Below are positions 9,282 to 17,848 of a stretch of 64,000 bases of DNA, in pieces. Below the pieces are notes generated by a model. The model searched no databases. It was not told where the DNA came from and saw nothing but the letters and a program-made list of their open reading frames with translations. Origin of the DNA: Armatimonadota bacterium (GTDB lineage: Bacteria; Armatimonadota; UBA5829; DTJY01); the NCBI GenBank assembly GCA_029907255.1, contig JARYMF010000007.1:37896-101895 (forward strand), given 5' to 3'. The position numbers and the translations under genes were made by a program. The first letter of the stretch is position 1, and each line of letters opens with the position of its first letter.

Positions 9282-11000
9282 GTGGCTTTGCCAAGTGGAG
9301 CCCCGATGCCTCGGGGACAGCCAGATAGTATCGGGAAAGATGACGTTCAGTCTGCACCGCCATTTGAGTTAATTGTGGCACACTTGATGGGCGGCTCAGA
9401 CGCTGTGGTTGAGACGGATGAGGAAAGGGCTGGACAGCAGGTGCCCGACGTTGGCAATGGTGAAAGTGAGAGCGCCGGCCAACTATCCAAAACGATGGAT
9501 GCAAGCCTTCAAATCGAGTTCCTGCTGGGGTCCTTCAGAGAAGCGGTTGGCGAAGCAGTTCCATTAGGAAGCGAAGAAGATAAAACGTTGGTTTTTGATG
9601 CAAAGCAGGATTGGATGCTACCAAAAATGTTGGGTGGTGCATCTAGCCTGACATCAGAAAAGCCAGTGTCTGTTTTGCTTTCAAAGACTGCCTCGCTATC
9701 TACTCCAACGCAACTGGCGCCAGATGCCGCACGGCTTCCTAGCGGTACTGAAATCGCGATGGATAGAGCGGCTGGCGAGTTGGCGGCTATTCAGCCCACG
9801 TCTTGGTCTAGCATTGCGGATGTCCGTAGGTTAAGTAACCTACCAGACGGCATTCAGGTTAGAGATGGAAAGGTGACCCCACAGCTATCGTCTTCCAAAT
9901 CGGATTCACGGGATGCCCTGCTAGAAATGCTGGGGCCTAAACTAACTTTGACCTACAGTGCGACTCGTTCGTTGCAACTCGATGGTTCTGCGATGCTGGA
10001 GAGTGTCCCGATTTTTCTTCAAACGGGACAGGCTAGGGAACTGGTTGCGTTTATGAATACGCACTCAGATACCATAGAAAGGACAAACCTGGCCAGTCAA
10101 TCTAACAATGCATCCCAAGCAAGGACTGTCTTTGCCGAAGCTGGTACCATGCCACTTGTCAAACCTTTGGTTGTGCATGAGTCGGCATTAGCGGCTGCTT
10201 TCTCCAATGTACAAAGCACCGCTGAGTCTGCCACTCCAGGTAGCAGTACAGCAAGAAGCAAGGAAGATAAGGTAGTGGGACATGCGCCCAAAGGTATGCT
10301 AGTTGATGCCCAAATCCTAGATGAACAGGCTTTGATTAGCCCTAGTAAGCAGGAAAACCGCATCGTAGCGGAATCAATGATGATGGATGCGTTCCAGGAT
10401 TCAAAAGATGAGTCCGCAATCTTTAGCAAGGAAGTGACCGACAAGCAAAAGGATGGTGTAGTAGGTCAGGCGGCGAGAGAAGTGCCAACCGGAGTTAATA
10501 TCCAAGGCGACCAGCTTGTGAGACCTTTTGAAAGGTTGGATGGCCATGTGCCGCCAGAGCCATTGCTGAGAGCGCATATCATTCACCAGATTGTCCGTGC
10601 TGCAAGGATGCATGTCTCCGATTCTACAGCTGACATTACGTTGCGGTTGGATCCGCCTAACCTAGGAGTTGTGCATCTGAACGTAGTAGCAGAAAGGGGC
10701 ATGGTAACTGCTAATATAAGAGTTGGCACAGAAGCAGTCAGACAGGCGCTTGAGGCGGACCTCTCGATGCTAAGAGAGTCTTTAACCAACGCGGGCATCC
10801 ATGTGGATGCAATATCAGTCACAATTGGCGATGATATGACTCCTGGTTGGGATTGGCAGCTTGGTGAGCATGGAAATGCTCGAAATTATAGTGCTCAAAC
10901 CAGCGGAAATCATGCGGCAATTTCTAGGGAATCCGATATTGAGACTATTCAAGATGGAATGCGCGCAGTTTCCGTTGGTAGATTCGACTATCTAGCGTAG
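9282..11000 (+). CDS. fliK: Flagellar hook-length control protein FliK
   Basis: 572 aa. Low-complexity N-terminal half. C-terminal Flg_hook domain ITLRLDPPNLGVVHLNVVAERGMVTANIRVGTEAVRQAL. Confidence 0.8.
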   Translation: MALPSGAPMPRGQPDSIGKDDVQSAPPFELIVAHLMGGSDAVVETDEERAGQQVPDVGNGESESAGQLSKTMDASLQIEFLLGSFREAVGEAVPLGSEEDKTLVFDAKQDWMLPKMLGGASSLTSEKPVSVLLSKTASLSTPTQLAPDAARLPSGTEIAMDRAAGELAAIQPTSWSSIADVRRLSNLPDGIQVRDGKVTPQLSSSKSDSRDALLEMLGPKLTLTYSATRSLQLDGSAMLESVPIFLQTGQARELVAFMNTHSDTIERTNLASQSNNASQARTVFAEAGTMPLVKPLVVHESALAAAFSNVQSTAESATPGSSTARSKEDKVVGHAPKGMLVDAQILDEQALISPSKQENRIVAESMMMDAFQDSKDESAIFSKEVTDKQKDGVVGQAAREVPTGVNIQGDQLVRPFERLDGHVPPEPLLRAHIIHQIVRAARMHVSDSTADITLRLDPPNLGVVHLNVVAERGMVTANIRVGTEAVRQALEADLSMLRESLTNAGIHVDAISVTIGDDMTPGWDWQLGEHGNARNYSAQTSGNHAAISRESDIETIQDGMRAVSVGRFDYLA

Positions 11001-11006
11001 GAGGAA

Positions 11007-11417
11007 TTGCGAATGATAACCCCTTTAACTGAAATTAACGGGGCGAGTAACTCAAATATGAAAGCGGCTGTGGAAAAGCCGCTCGACCGCGATGCCTTCT
11101 TGAAGCTGCTTATCACTCAATTGAGATATCAGGATCCGCTTAGACCTATGGAAGACAAAGAGTTCATTGCGCAATTAGCTCAGTTTTCAAGCCTAGAGCA
11201 AATGCAAAATATGAACAAAAGCTTGGAAGTTTTTCTTCAAAATCAAACGGCTTTCCAAGCTATCGGGCTCATAGGTCATATTGTAGAAGGAATCGATCCT
11301 GAAAGTGGAGAGAAGGTAAACGGCGCCGTGAAGAGCATTCGTTTTGATGGTAGCACAATACTTCTCAAAGTCAATGACCGCGAACTGCCTCTCGGCGCAA
11401 TAAGCCTAGTACAATAG
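11007..11417 (+). CDS. flgD: Flagellar hook capping/assembly protein FlgD
   Basis: 136 aa. Motif DRDAFLKLLITQLRYQDPLRPMEDKEFIAQLAQFSSLEQM. Confidence 0.85.
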   Translation: MRMITPLTEINGASNSNMKAAVEKPLDRDAFLKLLITQLRYQDPLRPMEDKEFIAQLAQFSSLEQMQNMNKSLEVFLQNQTAFQAIGLIGHIVEGIDPESGEKVNGAVKSIRFDGSTILLKVNDRELPLGAISLVQ

Positions 11418-11436
11418 GGTTATAATATGCTGGACT

Positions 11437-11475
11437 GACACCCGAGTACGCTCATGTACTCGGGTGTCCTTTTTC
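11437..11475 (+). terminator. Rho-independent terminator after flgD
   Basis: 13-bp perfect stem gacacccgagtac/gtactcgggtgtc with a 6-nt loop, followed by cTTTTTc. It starts 20 nt after the flgD stop. Confidence 0.6.
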
Positions 11476-11655
11476 TCCCCATCCCATGTGAATTATTCCC
11501 AACCTTTGTTGCCGCTCAAGTGTAGAACTTCGGATGCTGATTTCCAATGGTAGTAAGATGTTCATCCCACCGCTTAAGAAGACATCCTTCATATATGGGT
11601 GAAGTAAGCGTAAAGTGCAACTCTTCTTTTTGCCCGTTCGAGAAGAAGCGGATGC

Positions 11656-11671
11656 TGGCACGAAAATTGCT
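11656..11671 (+). promoter_or_regulatory. Sigma-54 -24/-12 promoter upstream of the CheX-like gene
   Basis: Sequence gcTGGCACgaaaaTTGCTgttaatg. It ends 59 nt before the TTG start at 11731. Confidence 0.55.
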
Positions 11672-11730
11672 GTTAATGTGGCGGCGACGCGTCGTAATAC
11701 CTGTCGGCAGAAGACCCGGGAGGAGATTGT

Positions 11731-12192
11731 TTGAAAGTCGAGTATGTTAACCCATTTGTAGAGGCAGCATGTTCCGTGTTGGAGCATGTTTCGGGCACAT
11801 TAGTCAAGCCTGGTGATTTGTGCCTGCTTGGAAACCCTTTTGGTGCTGCTAGCATCAACATAGCCACAAGAGTTGAAGGAACCCTTTGCGGCATTGTGGT
11901 TCATAGCATGGCGGGTTTGACGGCTCGGCAGCTTGTAAGCCGCATAACCGGAAAGCAGTGCCAGGGCGTTGGCAGGGTGATGGGCGCAGGCTTAACCCAG
12001 CTTGGAATGATGTTTGTTGAGGTAGCTAGCAGGACGCTAGCGAAATACGGCTATCGCTGTGGACTCAGCAGCCCTACCATTTTCCATGGGCTGAATGTGG
12101 AGTTCATGTCTGAATCGCCTGCTTTGAGTATACCGCTAGAGACGGGAGCTGGCGAGGTGAATGTGAGTGTGGCGGTGAGAGGTAATGAGTAA
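11731..12192 (+). CDS. CheC/CheX-family (CheX-like) protein, probably catalytically degenerate
   Basis: 153 aa. N-terminus MKVEYVNPFVEA is CheX-like. The family ELGN catalytic pair is replaced by TQLGMM. TTG start is preceded by GGGAGGAG. Confidence 0.5.
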   Translation: MKVEYVNPFVEAACSVLEHVSGTLVKPGDLCLLGNPFGAASINIATRVEGTLCGIVVHSMAGLTARQLVSRITGKQCQGVGRVMGAGLTQLGMMFVEVASRTLAKYGYRCGLSSPTIFHGLNVEFMSESPALSIPLETGAGEVNVSVAVRGNE

Positions 12193-12565
12193 AATCACTC
12201 CAGGAATACAAATAGAACGCTCAAATATAGAGAGACCTGTGCCGATTCGACATGGTAAAGCAAATCATGGTGGTTTTGCTTCGGCATTGGCTAAAGAAAG
12301 TGAGCGTCTGGAAGGGTTGAAGATTTCCTCGCATGCCCAAAAAAGGCTCAACTCCTCAAACGTTGCTTTGTCGGAGTCGGATATTCGGCGCATTGATGGG
12401 GCTGTTCAGCGCGCCAGTGAAAAGGGCGCAAATCAGTCGCTAATAATGCTTGATAATCTGGCTCTTATTGTGAGTGTCAAAAATCGCGTCGTCATTACAG
12501 CAATTGATGAGGCTCGCAACAAAGAGGGAATCTTCACGAACATAGACAGCGTGGTAATCGCTTAA
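12185..12565 (+). CDS. Small flagellar-operon protein, TIGR02530-like, found between flgD and flgE
   Basis: 126 aa. Central KISSHAQKRL and C-terminal LIMLDNLALIVSVKNRVVITAID...IFTNIDSVVIA resemble the Clostridia flgD-flgE linker protein. Assignment is from memory of that family. Confidence 0.45.
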   Translation: MSKITPGIQIERSNIERPVPIRHGKANHGGFASALAKESERLEGLKISSHAQKRLNSSNVALSESDIRRIDGAVQRASEKGANQSLIMLDNLALIVSVKNRVVITAIDEARNKEGIFTNIDSVVIA

Positions 12566-12713
12566 GGAGGTGAGGTTAGAACCAGAAAAACTTACGTTCA
12601 CAAAATATATTTGGGGTCGGACCTCTACTGAGGAGACCCCGTGCCGCTTGATAGGCGAGCGGCACACAAAGTCAAGCTCATTTATCGAGTTTCTTCAGGA
12701 GGTCAATTAGAGC

Positions 12714-13964
12714 ATGATTCAAGCAATGTACAATGGTGTCTCGGGCTTACGAGCTCACAAGACACAAATGGACGTAATTAGCAACAACGTTGCTAATATC
12801 AATACGGTTGGCTTTAAAGCCAGCAGGGTGAACTTTAGAGAAATGCTTAGCCAAACTTTAAGAGGGGCAACCGCACCAAAATCTGGCGGATTGGGTGGAA
12901 CAGACCCCGTCCAGATAGGGTTGGGAACGAGTATAGGCAGTATTGATACTCTCTATTCCCAGGGTTCTCTCATTGCTACTGGGAAAGCTACCGATGTGGC
13001 AATTGAGGGTAGCGGTTTCTTCGTTCTTACCGACGGCCAAAGCAAATACTATACCAGAGATGGGTCTTTCCAGCTTGACTCTGAAGGCTATCTCGTATCA
13101 TCTGGTTCGGGCATGAAGGTTCTAGGCTGGGCGGCTGATCCAAATACAGGGGAAATAAACACAACCTCCCCGGTAACGTTTGAATCAGCGATACGCCTTC
13201 CTGTAGGTCAGCTAGTGATTTCACGACAGACAACCTCCATAACTTACGGAGGAAACTTAGACGCAGGTTCTGAGGCTGGACAAAGCTTTACCATAAGCGT
13301 TGAGATATACGACTCGCTGGGTGCGCCTCATACGCTTACGGTACTTTTCACAAAAACTGCAAATGACGGTGAATGGACATGGGAGGCTGGAAGTCCTGAT
13401 GCTGAGCCGGGTTCGTCTGTCGGAAGCGGAACGATAGTCTTTGATTCATCCGGTAACTGCACAACAGCAACAGGTGAGATCTCGCTAGCATTGGCATTTC
13501 CAAATGGAGCGAGCAGCCCAATTTCAGCTACGCTTGATTTTAGGGGCATTACTCAATTGGCAGGAGAGACTACCATTTGCCCGACGTCGCAAAACGGCTT
13601 GCCACTTGGTGGTTTGGATAGTTTTACAATTGGCAAGGACGGCGTCATATCAGGGTTTTTCACAAATGGTATGTGTAGTCCTCTCGGACAGATTGCCCTT
13701 GCCCAGTTTAGTAACCCATCGGGTCTAAGCCGCGTTGGCGGAAACCTGTTGGTTGAGACCAGCAATTCTGGACTACCACAGATTGGCCAAGCATCGGTTG
13801 GTAGCCTAGGGAATATCACTGCCGGTTTCCTGGAGTCATCTAATGTGGATTTGCCAACTGAGTTTGCCAATATGATAGTTGCGCAAAGAGGTTTCCAAGC
13901 AAACTCAAGAATAATTACAACCGCAGATGAAATACTTCAGGAACTGGTGCAGCTTAAGCGATAG
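12714..13964 (+). CDS. flgE: Flagellar hook protein FlgE
   Basis: 416 aa. N-terminus MIQAMYNGVSGLRAHKTQMDVISNNVANINTVGFK. C-terminus ANMIVAQRGFQANSRIITTADEILQELVQL. Confidence 0.9.
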   Translation: MIQAMYNGVSGLRAHKTQMDVISNNVANINTVGFKASRVNFREMLSQTLRGATAPKSGGLGGTDPVQIGLGTSIGSIDTLYSQGSLIATGKATDVAIEGSGFFVLTDGQSKYYTRDGSFQLDSEGYLVSSGSGMKVLGWAADPNTGEINTTSPVTFESAIRLPVGQLVISRQTTSITYGGNLDAGSEAGQSFTISVEIYDSLGAPHTLTVLFTKTANDGEWTWEAGSPDAEPGSSVGSGTIVFDSSGNCTTATGEISLALAFPNGASSPISATLDFRGITQLAGETTICPTSQNGLPLGGLDSFTIGKDGVISGFFTNGMCSPLGQIALAQFSNPSGLSRVGGNLLVETSNSGLPQIGQASVGSLGNITAGFLESSNVDLPTEFANMIVAQRGFQANSRIITTADEILQELVQLKR

Positions 13965-14002
13965 CACTGTGGTATTTGCCTTTCGCCGGGCATAATCGGT
14001 AA

Positions 14003-14027
14003 GGGGTGGAATTCAAAATTCCACCCC
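14003..14027 (+). other. Perfect 11-bp stem-loop downstream of flgE, no U-tract
   Basis: ggggtggaatt-caa-aattccacccc. Possible mRNA stability or processing element. Confidence 0.35.
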
Positions 14028-14060
14028 AGCGATTAGCCTTGAGAAAGTAAGGTGTTGTAA

Positions 14061-14291
14061 ATGATTGCTGTGAAGCTAATAAACGGCACGGAAATAATAT
14101 TGAACTCTGATCTTATAGAGTTCATAGAAGCAACGCCGGATACGGTAATCTCGCTTTCGAACGGAAAAAAACTTATCGTTAAAGAATCCGTGTCTGAAGT
14201 TGTTGAAAAAATTATAAATTTTCGAAAGCAGATTGGCATTACCATTAAGGGATTAAAGGTTGCCAAATCTTCGTGCGTTGATGAGGACTAA
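14061..14291 (+). CDS. flbD: Flagellar protein FlbD (SwrD-like)
   Basis: 76 aa. MIAVKLINGTEIILNSDLIEFIE...GKKLIVKESVSEV. Immediately upstream of motA. Confidence 0.8.
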   Translation: MIAVKLINGTEIILNSDLIEFIEATPDTVISLSNGKKLIVKESVSEVVEKIINFRKQIGITIKGLKVAKSSCVDED

Positions 14292-14309
14292 ATAGAGGGC
14301 AGATGAATA

Positions 14310-15095
14310 ATGGATATTGCTACCGTAGTTGGTTTAATTCTCGCATGGGGAGCAATACTAACCGCATTGATAATGGAGGGTGGTAAGGTTACAGACCTTA
14401 TCAACCCTTCTGCGTTTGTTTTAGTTGCCTTGGGTACAGCGGGTGCAACTACAATCTCGTTTTCGATGAAGCATATTCTAAGTTTGCCAGGTGTTATTCG
14501 CAACGCATTTTTCAGCAAAGAGACTGACATGCGGGAGATTATCAATACCATGGTTGAATTTGCCCGTTTGGCGCGCCGTGAAGGCATACTTGTTCTCGAG
14601 CAAGAAGCCATGAACCTTGATAACAAGTTTTTGCAAATGGGCATTCAGCTTGTAGTTGATGGCACGCCATCGGAGATGGTTCGGGAAATTCTAGAGACCG
14701 AAATAGCTTCACTTGAGGAGCGGCACAAGGTTGGTGAGAGCATTTTCTCCACTATGGGTGGATTTTCACCTACCCTTGGCATTATTGGTACGGTCATGGG
14801 TCTTATTCACATGCTCGCCAGTTTAGACGAGCCAGGAAGAATGGGACCCGCAATCGCTGCTGCATTCATTGCAACTTTATATGGTGTTTCATTTGCAAAT
14901 TTAATCTTTCTTCCTATTGGTTCGAAGCTTAAGGTGCGGACGGCCGAAGAGGTTACTACTTATGAGATGATGATTGAAGGCATTTTGTCAATTCAAGCGG
15001 GCGATAATCCGAGAATGGTAGAAGCAAAAATGATGGCTTACCTCCCACCTAAGCTCAGGCAGAACGTGACCACACATGCAGCAAGTCAGGAGTAA
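14310..15095 (+). CDS. motA: Flagellar stator protein MotA
   Basis: 261 aa, four TM segments. MotA/TolQ/ExbB signature GFSPTLGIIGTVMGLI. Confidence 0.9.
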   Translation: MDIATVVGLILAWGAILTALIMEGGKVTDLINPSAFVLVALGTAGATTISFSMKHILSLPGVIRNAFFSKETDMREIINTMVEFARLARREGILVLEQEAMNLDNKFLQMGIQLVVDGTPSEMVREILETEIASLEERHKVGESIFSTMGGFSPTLGIIGTVMGLIHMLASLDEPGRMGPAIAAAFIATLYGVSFANLIFLPIGSKLKVRTAEEVTTYEMMIEGILSIQAGDNPRMVEAKMMAYLPPKLRQNVTTHAASQE

Positions 15096-15960
15096 GATGG
15101 AGCGTCGTCGTAAATCATCTGGAGGAGAAAGTGGCGGGGGCGGCCATGACGGAGGCGGCACTCTCCGTTGGTTGCTTACCTATGCAGATATGATTACGTT
15201 GTTAATGGCTTTCTTTATTATGCTCTATTCGATGTCAATTTTGAATTTGAATAAGTTTCGCCAGGTAGCTATCTCAATTAGAAGTGGTTTCGGTGGGTTT
15301 GTGGAAGGACAAGGCAAGTCTATTCTTGGGACAAGCGGACAATTTAGCGTGAAGCCAAGCCCAATAATAGGAGAAAGTGTGGGCGTGCCTTGGAAAGTAG
15401 TAAAGAAAATCCAACGGTTTGTGCAAGAAGAAGACTTAGGCAAGTCAGTTAGATTGCGCGCAGATGAGAGAGGGCTCATTGTTAGCTTAGCTACCGATGA
15501 GATTATGTTTGCCAAGGGAAGTGCAGAGTTGTCACCCAAGGCAAAGGAAATAATTGGGGTTGTCGCTGATGTCCTTAAAGACATACCAAACTCAATTCGT
15601 GTCGAAGGGCATGCCTGTAACTTGCCTGTCTCATCAGCAAAATATCCATCAAATTGGGAGCTTTCTACGGCACGTGCTACGACTGTTGTTCGATACCTAA
15701 TCGAAGTGCTTGGTTTTCCGGCAGACAGGCTTTCGGCGGCTGGTTATGCTGATACTAAGCCTATTGCGCCCAATAATTGTGAGGCAAACCGCGCGCTAAA
15801 TAGGCGTGTGGATATAGTAGTGCTAAATTCCGAATGGGAACAGCCAAGGGAGGAGTCCAATGAGCATCGTAAACGAGAAATCGGGAAGGTTGCAGATAGC
15901 AATAATAATCGCGGTGGTGCTGGCATTGGTTCTAGGAGCAGGGGCGTTCACGTTCACTAA
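15076..15960 (+). CDS. motB: Flagellar stator protein MotB (OmpA-like)
   Basis: Single TM segment (LLTYADMITLLMAFF) and an OmpA C-like domain (NRALNRRVDIVVL). The N-terminus is Gly-rich and the C-terminal tail is long. Confidence 0.85.
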   Translation: MQQVRSKMERRRKSSGGESGGGGHDGGGTLRWLLTYADMITLLMAFFIMLYSMSILNLNKFRQVAISIRSGFGGFVEGQGKSILGTSGQFSVKPSPIIGESVGVPWKVVKKIQRFVQEEDLGKSVRLRADERGLIVSLATDEIMFAKGSAELSPKAKEIIGVVADVLKDIPNSIRVEGHACNLPVSSAKYPSNWELSTARATTVVRYLIEVLGFPADRLSAAGYADTKPIAPNNCEANRALNRRVDIVVLNSEWEQPREESNEHRKREIGKVADSNNNRGGAGIGSRSRGVHVH

Positions 15961-16315
15961 AATAATTAAAAAACCAAGTGGTAAGGCAGCTCAAGCGAAA
16001 CCAGTAGAGCTTTCCGAATGGAAATTGCCTGAATTTATAGTGAATCTAGCAGACACCGACGAGCCACGCTACCTTAAAGTCGACTTGGTGCTTGAGGTTG
16101 AAGGAAAGTGCAACAAAGGCGAGGAGGGTGGCAATGCTGAGGAGGCAAAGGCTAGGGATGCCATCATATCCGTGTTGTCTCGAAAACATTTTTCAGAGTT
16201 ACTGACAGAATCAGGCAAGAAAAGCCTCAAATCAGAACTCAAGAATGCCCTCAATTCCAGATTAAAAGATATTGAAGTAGTAAACATTTACTTTACTTCT
16301 TTTGCGATGCAATAG
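15860..16315 (+). CDS. fliL: Flagellar basal-body-associated protein FliL
   Basis: 151 aa. N-terminal TM segment IAIIIAVVLALVLGAG. FliL motif EFIVNLADTDEPRYLKVDLVLEV. The annotated start overlaps the motB 3' end by 100 nt. Confidence 0.7.
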   Translation: MSIVNEKSGRLQIAIIIAVVLALVLGAGAFTFTKIIKKPSGKAAQAKPVELSEWKLPEFIVNLADTDEPRYLKVDLVLEVEGKCNKGEEGGNAEEAKARDAIISVLSRKHFSELLTESGKKSLKSELKNALNSRLKDIEVVNIYFTSFAMQ

Positions 16316-16359
16316 CTAACGATTTGGTTAGTTGGCCTGCCATTTAGCAGGAAAGAATT

Positions 16360-17343
16360 ATGAAGAAACGGTTTGTGAAAAAAGAGACGGATATCTGCTC
16401 AGGGGCTATGAGCAAGTCAAGCGAAGGTGCTGTTGGAACGCCGGAGGTGCGACCATATGACTTTGTGCACCCTGATAAGCTTTCAAAGTCAAACCTTCGA
16501 GCTCTTAGGCTCGTGTTCTCAGGTTTAGAGCGCCCATGGACAGCAACTATTTCGACAAAGCTTAGAACAGAGACCCAAGCAAGCCTATTGTTCTTTGAGC
16601 AGATGCCGTTCAGTAAATATGCAGAGTCTGTACCAGAAAACACTGTTTTCTTCACTATTGTAATGCCGCCGCTCCGCGGATATGCGATTGTCGACATCTC
16701 TCCAGAGTTTGCATTGAGGTTGATCGACCGACTAGCGGGCGGCAAGGGTGAAATGCTACAGCAAGTCAGGGGACTAACTGAAATTGAACGGCGAATTACT
16801 GGACGTTTTCTTAGCAGTCTAATGCCAGGTTTTATTGATGCTTGGAAGCCTGTAACTAGCGTGGAAGCCGTCATTTCAGAATCTTTCTCGTCGGTGGAAG
16901 ATATTGAAATTGAACCACAGGAATTAGTGTTGGTTGTGGGTATGGCGTTGAATTCCGCTTTGGGTGAACATCAAATTAAAATTGTCTTGCCAGTTAGCTC
17001 TCTTGACCCTGTGCTTAAGTTATTAGACCCACAGAGGTGGTTAAAGAGCGAAACGTCGGATAAGTCAACTCCTGCGCAAACCCTAGCTATTTTGCTTAAT
17101 GATATTCCCATATCCGCATCTGTTCAATTGGGTCGGGCACAAGTCAGTGTTCAGGATGTATTAAATATGGAAGTAGGAGATGTAGTAAGGCTTGATAGCA
17201 AGGTAAATGATCCGCTCTTAGTTCGAATCGGGGATGAGGTAAGGTTCCTTGCGAGGCCTGGTCTTGTCGGCAAGCGTATATCAGTTCAGGTTATTGATAA
17301 GATTGAGCAAGGCACGGAGAAATGTGCTATTTCAGAATCATAA
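16360..17343 (+). CDS. fliM: Flagellar motor switch protein FliM
   Basis: 327 aa. VRPYDFVHPDKLSK and the FliM middle domain are present. The C-terminal SpoA-like part is VGDVVRLDSKVNDPLLVRIGDEVRF. Confidence 0.9.
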   Translation: MKKRFVKKETDICSGAMSKSSEGAVGTPEVRPYDFVHPDKLSKSNLRALRLVFSGLERPWTATISTKLRTETQASLLFFEQMPFSKYAESVPENTVFFTIVMPPLRGYAIVDISPEFALRLIDRLAGGKGEMLQQVRGLTEIERRITGRFLSSLMPGFIDAWKPVTSVEAVISESFSSVEDIEIEPQELVLVVGMALNSALGEHQIKIVLPVSSLDPVLKLLDPQRWLKSETSDKSTPAQTLAILLNDIPISASVQLGRAQVSVQDVLNMEVGDVVRLDSKVNDPLLVRIGDEVRFLARPGLVGKRISVQVIDKIEQGTEKCAISES

Positions 17344-17370
17344 TCACAACAAACAAAAGAGGTAAAGAAT

Positions 17371-17838
17371 ATGAGCCAGCAAGAAGAAAGAGCCCAAAAA
17401 AGCGAAGAAGTTGAACAGCCAGCTATGGAAGAGGTAATTCATGCTAATAAATCAATTGAATCACCGAAGGTTGAGTTATCCGTAGTAGAAGGAAATGCTG
17501 AGGAGGAAACCTCTTCGGGTAGTTCGGTAAGGTCGGTACGTTTTGGCCAAATTTCGCCGACTGCGAGTGTAGGCGATCAGAGTTCAATAGACCTTATACT
17601 TGATGTCAGTTTAGATTTAAGCGTGGAGCTTGGGCGAACTAGCATCCCTGTGCGTGATGTTCTTCAGCTTGGCCCAGGTTCGGTAATCGAACTTGACAAG
17701 TTAGCGGGAGAGCCGGTCGATATCATGGTAAACGGCAAGCTGATTGCAAGGGGCGAGGTTGTTGTCGTTGATGAAAACTTTGGTGTTCGAGTAACGGAAA
17801 TTGCAAGTTGCTCGGAGCGATTGCTCAAGGCTGCGTAG
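17371..17838 (+). CDS. fliN: Flagellar motor switch protein FliN
   Basis: 155 aa. C-terminal SpoA domain SIPVRDVLQLGPGSVIELDKLAGEPVDIMVNGKLIARGEVVVVDENFGVRVTEI. Confidence 0.85.
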   Translation: MSQQEERAQKSEEVEQPAMEEVIHANKSIESPKVELSVVEGNAEEETSSGSSVRSVRFGQISPTASVGDQSSIDLILDVSLDLSVELGRTSIPVRDVLQLGPGSVIELDKLAGEPVDIMVNGKLIARGEVVVVDENFGVRVTEIASCSERLLKAA

Positions 17839-17848
17839 AGGTGTTGAG

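Noticed and set aside
9368-9385. TGGCAC-containing sites inside genes (also near 5755, 19472, 21168) as extra sigma-54 promoters
   Set aside because: Spacing to a GC/TTGC element is wrong or the -12 element is missing. All are intragenic.
11452-11787. ORFs of 111 aa (-) and 67 aa (+) in the flgD/CheX-like intergenic region
   Set aside because: They cover the terminator hairpin and the sigma-54 promoter, and have no RBS and no recognisable domains. They were treated as chance ORFs in a regulatory spacer.
17801-17848. Upstream start for fliO at 17801
   Set aside because: It overlaps the fliN C-terminus. The ATG at 17849 is preceded by GAGGTG and begins the signal peptide.
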